The position numbers and the translations under genes were made by a program. The notes under the pieces were generated by a model, which saw only the letters and a list, made by a program, of their open reading frames with translations, was not told the origin of the DNA and ran no database searches. From positions 11,160,001 to 11,224,000 of the forward strand of contig NW_027361688.1 of the NCBI RefSeq assembly GCF_039654945.1: a stretch of DNA of 64,000 bases. The letters run 5' to 3'. Shown one piece after another: positions 49,872 to 61,195 of this stretch (positions within the stretch are counted from its first letter, which is position 1; every line of letters starts with the position of its first letter). Origin of the DNA: Dendrobates tinctorius (lineage: Eukaryota).

Positions 49872-51438
49872 CTACAGTTTTGTTTGTTTTGGTTTTTTTT
49901 TGTTTCTCTGGTTTTTGAATTGAACAAATAAGACAAAACGGACATATGATTTCTTTGGACGTTTTCATGTTGTTGCATTTATCAGTAATATGGGTTACTT
50001 ATAGTAAAAAAAAAAAAAAAAGAAAAAAAAAAAGGGGGATGATGTAATGTATAATAATTAGATCTGTCTCTTTAAGCAAGCCAGACTTATGGGACTTGGG
50101 GGGTGGAGACAAGAGGGATGAGAAGGGAAGTTTCACTTTCACTTCTGGGTAGCATGGGAATGCAACTGTTATGCTGTGTGCTGGAGGACGAAGAATAAAA
50201 CATATCTAAAGTTTAATACCTTGAATTCTTCATAACGTGTGGATATTACAAGGGCAAACAAGTCATTGCAAAATAGCATAATCAATGCATGCTAGGTAGT
50301 GAAACTAAGAAAGGAAGTTCCAGCACCTATAGTTCTAGCAGAGTTCTGATGAAGAGAAACTGTCCACTGAAAATGAATGGATGGCAAGTTCTAAACAAAA
50401 TAGAGACTGTTCCTTGACATATTAGATGATTTGATAAAAGCAATTAAAAAAAAAAGGTTTTCAAAAAGGAAATTCACTTGAAAAATTGAGGAAGTTGTAA
50501 GGAATAGAATAGCAGAGTCATCAGTGAGGGTCAATTAGTCTATTTATTTGACAGTTGGGCATATTTCTTGTATACATGACACAATTTATAGAAAACTTCA
50601 GTGAATTTGAAGCTCAAGGTCAAAACCCAAGCAGACATTACTAAGTTCATCGGTAACACACTGGACATACAGAAGTTAGAGCTGAAATTGAAGTGAGGTT
50701 TGGGCCCGGGACAAGTATTATGATCCCAATAAGGAGTAGTACTAACCTCAGAGGCATATACGTATCTTTAGGGTTTGGCATGTGTAAAATGGATTCAGAA
50801 TTCGTCTGCTTTGGCAACCGGGGAAAACCAAAGTTCTTTAAACTGACAAAAATGCAGCTATCTGGAATCACTCAAACTTAAACAAGGTTTAACAATGTCT
50901 GGCATTAATGCTTCTGGGATCAAACATCTGGCCCGGCTTCCATCGAGGCTGGGTACTGTGGCCAGAGACTTCTCTGTAGCTTTCCAGGGACAGCGTGATA
51001 AATGTGTCAGCAGCTATACACTTTACAAGTCACTAATAAGTCTAAATTTAAAGGGGAGTTCCATAAAAAAAATATTATTACTTAACTGATTAGTTATCGT
51101 CAAAAACTACCCTAGTTTTTTTCTGATGATATCTTCTCACCTAAAGAGGTTGAGATCATGTGAGCCATGTATAGAGTCCTTTTTATTGGATTATCATGTG
51201 GCCTCTTTCAGATTTTCTGAATGGCTAATTGAGAGAAGCGCATTAACTGGCACCCACAATAAGTGGATCTGTCCCTTTAATCGGGTTGTCTTACTATACA
51301 AGCCCTTTCTATATGGACATCAGGGCCTCATGCTAAGAACACTCCCTTTACTCCCTTTATGTGTCAGGGTGGGGAGCTTCTCCTGCTGTGGTGGACCCTC
51401 CCTGCTCTTGTGTTAAAGACTTAAAAAGGAGTTTATGT

Positions 51439-52412
51439 AAATGTGAAGAAGAGAAGTAAATTGTTTAGGTGTGAAGGAAATGCTGCTGAGGTGTTTGCCA
51501 GCAGACTGGTCTCAAGTATGAGCAAAGTGTCACCAGTGTTAGCTCCTCTCTGTAACACAACTTTCCACCTCTGTTTAAAGGGATTATCTTGGACTTTTAT
51601 ATTGATGGCCTATCCTAAGGATCGTGATGATGGGGGGCATGTTACCCATGCAGATCAGCTGTTCCTGTTGCCAGTGGTGGACTGATTTGCTGAGATACAG
51701 AGCTGCAAATTAATAGGGGGTAGCTCCAAACGTCAGCATATTCCGCCCCGGCTGGCACAGGGAACAGCTGATTGGCTGGGGTGCCAAATGTAGCAACCCC
51801 ACCGATCAGCTATTGATTACCTATCCTAAAGTCCCCGTCTCAAATAGCGACATCGCCAGCGATCTCGCTACGTGTGACACATAGCGGCGACCAGCCCCCC
51901 GCTGGATATTGCTGATCGTGCTCGATTGTCCCAGGCCATTTTCTGATAGTTGGCGTCCCGCTGGCCAGCATGCATCGCTGTGTTTGACGCCGACAAGCGA
52001 CCTCGTTGGCGACGCAGAACTCAGGGATGCAGGCGGGAGTCATCAGAATAGCTGCTGTGTGACAAGGTACCAACGACCGCCGAGGTCGTTATATGGATCG
52101 CCAGATTGTTGCTGCGTTGTTTAGTAGATCTGTCTGTTTGACATCTTACTAGCGATCATTTAGCGACGCACCAACGATCCTTACCAGGTCGTATTGTTGT
52201 TGGGATCGCGGGTGCGTCGCTTAGTGGTACCCTAAGGATAGGCCATCAATATAAAAGTCCCACACAAACCCTTAAAACAGAGGCGGAAAGTTTGTTTACA
52301 GAGACAAGCTAACACTGATGAAACTTTGCTTAGACTTGCAAACAGTCTGCTGGCAAACACCTCAGCAGCACTTCCTTCACACCTACACAATTTCTTTGTC
52401 TTCTTCACATTT
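51439..52412. mobile_element. Three-layer MITE nest forming a long inverted repeat
   Basis: Outer arms at 51439-51578 and 52273-52412. T2/Kolobok-like insert at 51579-52272 (TTAA|aggg). Harbinger-like insert at 51830-52232 with TAA duplication. Confidence 0.75.
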
Positions 52413-53785
52413 GAATAGGATAGACACCAAATATTGAAAACCTCAAATTGGGCCATTTAGGTACCACCACCAAAACTGACACTTCAAGGCAAGTTTGCTG
52501 AAATCTTGCCCTGCTTTTGGTTTGGAACATTCGAGTCTCCTGGCAAAATTGTGACTGTTGGCAAGTATGGAATAGATCTAATACTACTTTTATCCAATAA
52601 ACAAAGGCTACTAAATGCATGTGTGGCCTCAACTGCAAATCACTAAGGATGACGATCAGCTGATCGTCATTTTGGATCTATTTCAAAAAGAGTTTGTCCT
52701 GGTGGACCTACTCACTTAAAGAGGACTTGCTCGAAAATCAATAGCCTATGCCTACTGTTGCCCATCAATTTAAAGGGATTGCCTGAGATTCTATAAAAGT
52801 TTCCTCATAGCAGCATGGAAGCTTGAGTGGTCCCTACCGGTCTTTGTATAGTTGTTCTATATTCCATCTTAGAACAGACATTTTTTTGCTTTATTTCTTT
52901 TTTTTACGTTATTGTGATCACTACTCGCTGGATCACTGGACTTTTATAGTCTCATCGGGGAGGATTCTGGGTGATTTACAGTCCATGAGGTCATACAGAA
53001 GGATGTCTTGAGTCCTCCATTGTCTCTGAGTTCCTGATAAAAATCTCAGACATTTCTTAACCCAGGGGCTGTCAACACTTGCAGCTACTTAAAAGGGCTG
53101 AGATGTTACTTTGGCTAAGAAGAAAGGACATTTATCCATCCTCTGGTAGCCAAAACATGAACTTTAACCTCCGTGTCGATTAGTAATTGTATTTATGAAG
53201 GCCTCGGGTGCAAACAAATGTTTCCCCCTGTGTGGTTATAAGGTTGGTTATAATAGCCGTATGGCTTTTTGAGCTCAGAGTAAGATGTTGTCACACCATG
53301 TAGGATAATATAGGCACCCACTGTAAATTATAAGCTTATTACAATACACCAAAGAGTCTTGGAAGTTATGAAGATGCCACCATCTTGCCATGGTATCATT
53401 TAGGCTTAGTTTGGCACTATTTTGTAGCATCATGTGAGTTTGTACTACTATTTAGCACAAAGTGGCGGTATTATTTATTTCCCCTATTTAAAGAATATTT
53501 GCTCAGCTACTCTGGGGGAATTCCTGGAAGAGATAGAAAATTTCCTAGGGTCAACAAGAACCTCCAGACATCTCCTAAGGAAGCAGTGCTTCCACAAGAT
53601 TTCTTATGTGGGACATGAAATCATGAGACAAAGACCGATCTCACATTCAAGGGGCAAGAAACAGGCCACACAGGAAGATGGGGAAGGAGCATAAAGTGGT
53701 GTAGCATAGAACAGAGATTGTGGCCTCAAGGAAGTACTGATACCAATGTAAGAGGTGCACCAAACTGGCATGGCAGGCAGCAACC

Positions 53786-55488
53786 TGTCACGATCCATGT
53801 TTGGATCTGTGTCAGATTCTGGATTCTCTTATATAAACGTTTTTCCTTTCAGGCCATTGGGGGTTAATATTAGTTTTTTGCCCCCCCCCCCAGTGGCCAC
53901 TGGTGTTACTACAAGTTTAGTTAGTCTGTTGGTGGGTTTTTGCCCCCTGGTGCTACTACGTGTTTAGTTAGTCAGCAGATGGAGGCCACTCCCATCTTCC
54001 TATATAAGGTCACCTGGTACACCGGCTGACTGTTGGTAATACAGGTGTTAGGCGTCGGATTCCTGACGCTGCACAGCGGGAATCCAGAGCCAGACATCCC
54101 GTGGTCCCCCATTCTGCTCCGACCACTCGGACTCCTGCTCAGCAATCACGGCGAGCCAGGCATTCTGCCCAGACTCGTTCTGTGAGTCTGGATGTTGCTG
54201 CCACCTCTGGTGCAGCAATGGTAGCGCAACCTGCTCTGCAGAGAACCGCTCCAGAGGCTAAGTCCTCGTGCCGTGCTACTGGGCATGCCCGCAACTTGTC
54301 CTCTCAGTGGAGAGCAGGGGTCACAGGTCCAGGTCCTGCGTCGGATCTGATTGGTTCTTCCCAGGTTACTGGAAGGTCCCGGAAGCGCATGGCTATAAAA
54401 AGCCCGCATGGCGGCTCGGCCATGCGCTAGTGTAGACCCACTATGCTATGTGTGAATTGTGATGGATGCATGTTCTGGTGGATGACTTATTCTGAAACCC
54501 CTACCCTCTGATATTACGAGTGGTGACAGAGTGTGTATAGTCAGCTCCAGGTAGTGGCTAGCTATTTGCCACTGTGCTACCGCACCTAGCACTAGCGCCC
54601 GTCGGTGTCCGCCTGTCGGCACCGTCGTCTAGCGGCGTGAGTTACCGCCGCGCCTGCGCTTAGCAGTTCTGCCGCGCTGCGCTTAGCAGTCCACTGGCGT
54701 TCGCGGTTGCGATGCCCCCGCTGGTTACCTTGTGCGTTTAACAAGGCCAGCGTTTCTGTATTTATTTGTTAAAAGGTTTTCTGTGCGTGAACAGAGCCGG
54801 CCTTAGCTGCTCGGGTGACGTTAACCCGAGCGCACTACTTCACTCATTGGAGTATCTGCCATTGTGCAGCAGCGGTCTTGTCATCTACTGCACGGTGGAC
54901 CCCGGGCGGCGAACGCACCTGGTATTATTTTTATTAGGTGCGTTCTGCTGACCATAACAACAGGTCCTTTGGAAACATACTGTTGTGAAGACTGGTCCTA
55001 CCTGGTGCAGAGGTGGTTCAGATTATCTGGAGCAGTGGTGATGCTGCTGAAGAGAGGAGCTTTCTGGAGCAGTGGTGATTCTGCTGGAAGTTGTGTTGGG
55101 GTGCCTTACTCTGCGGTCCGGTGCATGACTGCAGAGGAAGCTAAGTGTAGTTTGTTTTTTCCCTGTCTGTTTTCTTTCCTTGGTGTCTTATTAGTGTAGC
55201 AGTGGGACCAGTGTCCGCACTTGCCAGTTCCCTAGTAAGGGATAGGTGCAGGGCAAGTGAGGAACCCAGGTATCCTGTTCGGCGACAGGTTGAAAGAACC
55301 TGTATAGGAAACGTCAGGAGAGTTCAGGGCACATCCTTAGGAGAGTGCAGGAGGTGTCCATTTCCCCGTTCCCTATTGCAGGGCCCACCGTTGTAATTGT
55401 GTCCCCGGTGTCCCCTTGTTTGTCTTTGTTGGTTTTGTGACCAACCGATCGTCGGGTCGCGTCACGCAGGGTCAGTCACATCGTGACA
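53786..55488 (+). mobile_element. Solo LTR with a nested solo LTR
   Basis: tgtcacgat...atcgtgaca, 5-bp TSD CAACC, TATA tatataagg near 54001. Confidence 0.88.
54046..54959 (+). mobile_element. Nested solo LTR, 914 bp
   Basis: tgtta...taaca, 5-bp TSD ACAGG, TATA ctataaaaag near 54393. Confidence 0.88.
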
Positions 55489-56372
55489 CAACCTCAGTAT
55501 AATTTACAGGAGGGCCTTGGTTAAGGATTCTGCTCTTGGGGTGGCGTAATGCCAACATGAGACAGTGTTTGGTCAGTGGTAACTTTACTTGATATGACGC
55601 TCAGCCATAAGCATTACTTAACGTCTTTTCAGTTCTTGGAATAGGCAGTGACCAAACACACAATTCAGGGCTTCATCCGGCATCCAGCGTTTCGCTCATA
55701 CTCTTCTTCAGGAGTCTCCTCCTTTTTTCAGTTCACATACGGATCGCTCTCACTCTGGTCACTGCTGGTTTTTACTCTCAGTGCCTTCATCAATTTCACA
55801 CATAAGACACTAATCCCTGTAGCGGCACACTCTTCACCTACAGTATGGTCACTCCTGTTACGCACTTGTCCCAGATCCTGGCTGTGGTCCCCTCACTCCT
55901 GTCCCAAAGGGACTACAGCTCTGTACAAGGTTTAAATTAATGGTAGAGAATGTTCCCTAATCTAATTGGACCAAAGTTTGCTTTTACTAGGGAGACTTGC
56001 CTTCACAATCTAGAAGCAGATACTACGTACTATATATTTTCCATACCACAAATTTACAGATGAGACATGGGGGTGGGGAGTGGGGGATGAATGACTCCAT
56101 TAAATTAAAAAGCGGTCCTCCTGCTCCATTCAGCTGTTGTAGGTCTCAGATAAATAAGAATTGGCTGAGTGGCATTTTATCAGCCTGACAAAAAAAAATC
56201 ATGTGTAATACTACATTTCACCAGTAGTGGTCACTGTAGCTGATTACCAGAAGTTAGAGAAGCCCAATCGGTGACAATAACCTGATCATGACCGTGCCTT
56301 TAATTGTGGTTTATCTAGACTTTTGTAGGAAATGCCCGTTAATCATCTTGGTGGAAGGGAAACAGTACTTAC

Positions 56373-56507
56373 CGACTATGTTTCCATCCATATAACGTTT
56401 TTGGATATCAAAAGAGTCTCTTACATTTCCCTCCGTGATATGAAATATAATGTCAGGCTGAGGGCCAGGTGAATATGCAGGAGTCACGGCGCGGAGGAAG
56501 ATAATCT
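56373..56507 (-). CDS. FBLN1: Fibulin-1D exon 2
   Basis: ccgcag|...|gtaagt, 135 bp. Encodes (E)[44 protein letters not shown]. Confidence 0.95.
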
Positions 56508-57343
56508 CTGCGGAGAGACAACAGGTTAGGTTTGTTATAAGAAGGAAATGTGAAAGAGAACTACACTGAGGGCCAGCCATAGGTCGATAGGTACCCTTAG
56601 TTGGCAACCCCCCCAAGTAATGTAACGTGTGGGGATTCTGGCCAAGGTGTATCATCAGCTGACATCTGGTTGGCTGCAACAAACTTTTTCATCTGTTCTG
56701 GTTCTGAGAACTACACATAAATGTGTCTTATGACAGACTGCTGGCAATCACTTCAGCAGCACTTCCTTCACACAAACACAATCTCTTTGTCTCCTTCACA
56801 GTCCACATTGCTGGTCATGGCACCTTCTTATGGTCACCACTCTTGGCAGTGGTACGGTACCCTGTAATAGGGTAATAGGTCATGCATACTTGTTACCCTA
56901 CACACTCAGTAATTTCTCACACAGGAACCTTTATCTGGCCGGAGGACATCTGTTTCTCATGGCTGAGACTACAACCACTGCAATGATGCATAGGTCGTCT
57001 TACATGCTCCTCTGTAGCACTAACTAGTTTCCTGGGGTGGCATTCCAATAGACAATTGCTGGCCTATTATCTAGGTTTCTTGCTGTTGTCTGTTTCTGTC
57101 AGCAATCCTCTTCGCAGCACAAACAACCCACCCTCCAAACATCAAGTGAAGCTTGGCGAGACTCACTAATGCTGACCCAACACTTCCACTGATTCAGCAT
57201 TTCACACTGCCGCTCAGTGTGCTAACTGTTTATGTCTGCACTTAAGACCTCACTACAACTACTGGCCTGTTGTCCGGACATGTTAGGCCCGTAGCGTTTC
57301 TCCTCTAAATGTATGGATGCACAAGACAAATCAGCGAGCTCAC

Positions 57344-57480
57344 CTTCTGGACGACTGAATTCCCGAGAAGTGGGCAGAGAAAGGACAGTGTTGGATATGG
57401 AGTGGACGGGATCTGTTATGCAGCTGAAGTCGTTCGGTTTGCAGGATTTAATACAGCGGCTGTTGTCTGATCTCTCATAT
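57344..57480 (-). CDS. FBLN1: Fibulin-1D exon 1 (not in the ORF track)
   Basis: ttctag|...|gtgagc, 137 bp, phase 2-1. Encodes (T)[45 protein letters not shown], matching recalled 1D RCIKSCRPND...LPTFREFTRPE. Confidence 0.93.
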
Positions 57481-57559
57481 CTAGAATGTGGAAGCAGAAG
57501 GAAATGTCAGGCATGACCCATATTATAGTAATAAACATGTTAGAAATTGTGGCATGGTC

Positions 57560-58820
57560 ATAGTCAGTGCCCCATAACATTGACAGTCCTAGTCAGTGCC
57601 CCCATATTAATGACAGGCACAGTCAGTGCCCCATAGCATTGACAGCCACAGTCAGTATCTCCATAACATGGACATCCCCAGTGCCCCATAACACTGACAG
57701 CCCCTGTCAGTGCCCCCATAACATTGATAGCCCCAGTCAGTGCCCCATAACACTGACAGTCCTAGTCAGTGCCCCCATAATAATGACAGGCACAGTCAGT
57801 GCCCCCATAACACTGACAGCCCCTGTCAGTGCCCCATAACATTGATAGCCCCAGTCAGTGCCCCCATAACATGGACATCCCCAGTCAGTGCCCCCATAAC
57901 ATGGACATCCCCAGTCAGTGCCCCCATAACACTGATAGCCCCAGTCAGTGCCCCCATAACATGGACATCCCCAGTCAGTGCCCCCATAACAATGACAGCC
58001 ACAGTCAGTTCATAACATTAGCAGCTACAATCAGTGCCCCACAATAATGACAGCCATAGTCAGTGCCCGATAACATTGACAGCCACAATCAGTGCCCCAT
58101 AACAATGACAGCCACAATCTGCCCCATAACAATGACAGCCACAGTCAGTGCCCCCATAACAATGACAGCCACAATCAGTATCTCCATAACATGGACATCC
58201 CCAGTCAGTGCCCCCATAACACTGACAGCCCCTGTCAGTGCCCCATAACATTGATAGCCCCAGTCAGTGCCCCCATAACATGGACATCCCCAGTCAGTGC
58301 CCCCATAACATGGACATCCCCAGTCAGTGCCCCCATAACATTCACAGCCACAGTCAGTGCCCCCATAACAATGACAGCCACAGTCAGTTCCTCATAACAT
58401 TAGCAGCTACAATCAGTGCCCCACAATAATGACAGCCATAGTCAGTGCCCCATAACAATGACAGCCACAATCTGCCCCATAACAATGACAGCCACAGTCA
58501 GTGCCCCATAACAATGACAGCCACAATCTGCCCCATAACAATGACATCCACAGTCAGTGCCCCATAACAATGACAGCCACAGTCAGTGCCCCATAACAAT
58601 GACAGCCACAGTCAGTGCCTGATAACATTGACAGCCACGGTCAGTGCCCCATAATAATCACAGCCACAATCAGTGCCCCGTAACATTAACAGCTACAATC
58701 AGTGCCCCGTAATAACAGCCATAGCCAGGACCCCATAACAATGACAGCCACAATCAGTGCCCCATTACACAGGCAGCTATAATCAGTGCCCCATAATAAT
58801 GACCGCCCCAATCAGTGGCG
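57560..58820. repeat. Minisatellite, ~30-bp unit (cagtcagtgcccccataacaatgacagcca)
   Basis: About 40 copies, with a higher-order duplication of ~400 bp. Confidence 0.92.
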
Positions 58821-59449
58821 CCATCATCTTCTATATACACCACTCAGAAGCCTGAATAATGAGGTCTATATTGGAAGTCTGTTGGGAACTCTTAGTCTTG
58901 TATCTACGAGCCGTCACCCATAGCAACCAAATATGATCCCAGCGCTCACTATTCCGAGGCCCTTTGGAAAATGAAATTAGTGACCTGATTGGTTGTCATG
59001 GGTGACTACTACACTTTTTTGCCACGCACCAGTTTGGACATAGGGCTCCCTGACAGGCCGCACTAGACCCATAGGCCTCAATTCTCCTAATCTATGGTGG
59101 GCCTACAGGTGAGCGAGCCTCCCTCAATTAACAGACATTTTACGACATATCCTGTGGAAGACCCCTTTAAGGAGTATGTCCCTTCTCTCTCATATATAGA
59201 CCCTTGAAAAATCATCAAATTGCTAAAAATGACTTATTTATGCCATCCCTATTTTTTGGATAATGTAGTTGATGATCAAAATTCCTCTATAGGGGCATAG
59301 ATACCAACAGAATGTTGGGGGGAAAAGGGACCCTGAGTTCCCCCCAAAAATCCCCTGACCTTCCTGGGAATGCTCTGACCCCCCATGGACCACCACTTTT
59401 AGGCAAGGGTTGGCCCTAAATTCTGGACTGTTTCTGAGGTCCAAGGGGA

Positions 59450-59832
59450 AACGTTTCTCCTAGCAGAGATTGACATGCCAAGCCTGATATGTCAGAGTGA
59501 GGAGACTTATAGGCCATACAATGCTCCTCTAGGAAATGAAATATGCAAATTGCCTCTCCAGAGAGGATGAGGACTAGAACGCTAGCGCCACCTATTGGAA
59601 GCAGTGATCCTAAAAGTGACCCTTTATCGAGCCTTGCCATACGACTGATTTGGCACAGTTAGAGGCTCTGGACTGGGGTCTAAGGGCTAACATTTCTCCT
59701 TGTGGAGAATGACATGCCAAGCCTGGCATGTCAGAATGAGGAGACTTATAGGCTATGTATACTCCTCTGGGAAATTAAATATGCAAAGTGTGGACTAGAC
59801 CTCTAGTGCCACCTATAGGAAGCAGCGATCCT
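59450..59832. repeat. Two-copy direct repeat (~240-bp spacing)
   Basis: tgacatgccaagcctg...gaggagacttatagg...atatgcaaa...gccacctat occurs at ~59470 and ~59710. Confidence 0.8.
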
Positions 59833-59899
59833 TTCTGAAAATTTGGAAAAATCCCAGCAAATTCAGGACAGTTGACATGCATGTAGGTGGTCACATAAC

Positions 59900-60690
59900 T
59901 TTTCCAGGAGGAATAACAACGGAAATGTACATAATTCGAAGGGGAACACCCTGCTGATGTATTTGGGAATAGTGAAACCCTTTTATCACTTTATTTTTTA
60001 CATTTCCAGGAGGAATAAGAGAGGAACTGTACAATTTATAATGCCAAAGGAAACACCCTGTCTATATATTTGGGAATGGTGACAGCCCTTTAATTCTCTA
60101 TTTTTTACATTTCCAGGAGGAACAACAGAGGAACTGTACTTTTTTTTTTTTTTTTACATTTCCAGAAAAAATAACAAAGGAACTGTGCATAATTCGAAGG
60201 GGAATACCCTGCTCATATATCTGGGAATAGTGACACCCCTTTATCACTTTATTTTTTTAAACATTTCCAGGAGGAGAACTAGAGGAACTGTATTTTATTT
60301 TTTTTTTACATTTCCAGGAAAAATAACAAAGGAAATGTGCATAATTCAAAGGGGAACACCCTGCTCATATATCTGGGAATAGTGACACCCCTTATCACTT
60401 TATTTTTTTAACATTTCCAGGATGAAAAACAGAGGAACTGTACTTTATTTTTTTTATATATATATATTTCCAGGAGGAAAAACAGAGGAACTGTACTTTA
60501 TTTATTTTTTATATATTTCCAGGAGGAAAAACAGAGGAACTGTACTTTATTTATTTATTTATTTTTACATTTCCAGGAGGAACAACAGAGAAACTGTACA
60601 TAATTCGAAGGGGAACACCCTGCTCATATATCTGGGAATAGTGACACCCCTCTATCACTTTATTTTTTTCGACAATTCCAGGAGGAATAA
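59900..60690. repeat. Degenerate tandem repeat (acatttccaggaggaataacagaggaactgtac)
   Basis: Alternating ~45-bp and ~100-bp units just downstream of the FBLN1-C poly(A) signal. Confidence 0.8.
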
Positions 60691-60748
60691 CAAAAGATCT
60701 TTGCATTTTTCCCAAACCAGACCAACAACCACATGCAACAAAGTCAAC

Positions 60749-60754
60749 TTTATT
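60749..60754 (-). terminator. Candidate polyadenylation signal for FBLN1-C
   Basis: AATAAA on the minus strand ~90 nt after the C stop codon, followed by GT-rich sequence (gttgactttgttgcatgtggttgttggtctgg). Confidence 0.65.
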
Positions 60755-60843
60755 GAATCTGTAAAAAAAAAAACGTAAAAAAAAATTAAAATAATAATAA
60801 AAAAAAAATAATCATGAGGATGAGACGCGGAGCGCGGGAGGCT

Positions 60844-61195
60844 TCAGAGCTCTGCTGTGACAAAGACGTGCAGTTTGGCTATAAACGTATTCAAGGTCCC
60901 ATGTCGAATGAGATCCATCTGGATAATTAGGAGGAAGTCCTGGGGCTCTGTGATTGGCTGCTGGACAGCCACGAGGCCGCTGTGCGAGTTCACGTTTTTG
61001 GTGACGAAATAACCCTTCTCGTTCCCGCTGGTTATGGAGAGCTGAATGTTATCGCCAGGAAGAGCATGAGAGGGGCCCATGCGGAAAATGTCGGTGGGGA
61101 CGGGGATGTTGGTGGGGAAGGAGAGGTGGTGATAGGTAATTCTCAGGGGTTGGCTCTGGCACTCAGGGTCAAAACAAGGCAAGCGCTCGCAGCGG
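60844..61195 (-). CDS. FBLN1: Fibulin-1C alternative terminal exon (domain III, C form)
   Basis: Acceptor ttgcag| after a pyrimidine tract. Encodes RCERLPCFDPECQSQPLRITYHHLSFPTN...FIAKLHVFVTAEL* and matches the recalled fibulin-1C C-terminus (RCERLPC...VSAEL). Confidence 0.95.

Larger units (their letters stand above)
45618..50250 (+). mobile_element. Intact-looking Ty3/Gypsy LTR retrotransposon (Mag/SURL-like)
   Basis: LTRs at 45618-45824 and 50043-50250 (tgtaat...attaca) differ by 1 substitution and 1 single-base indel. 5-bp TSD AGGGC. PBS at 45827-45844, PPT at ~50030-50042. Confidence 0.97.

Noticed and set aside
57567-58429. Repetitive mucin-like or antifreeze-like ORFs (SAPITWT, CPHNMDIPSQ)
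   Set aside because: Products of a 30-bp intronic minisatellite, with no splice signals or signal peptide.
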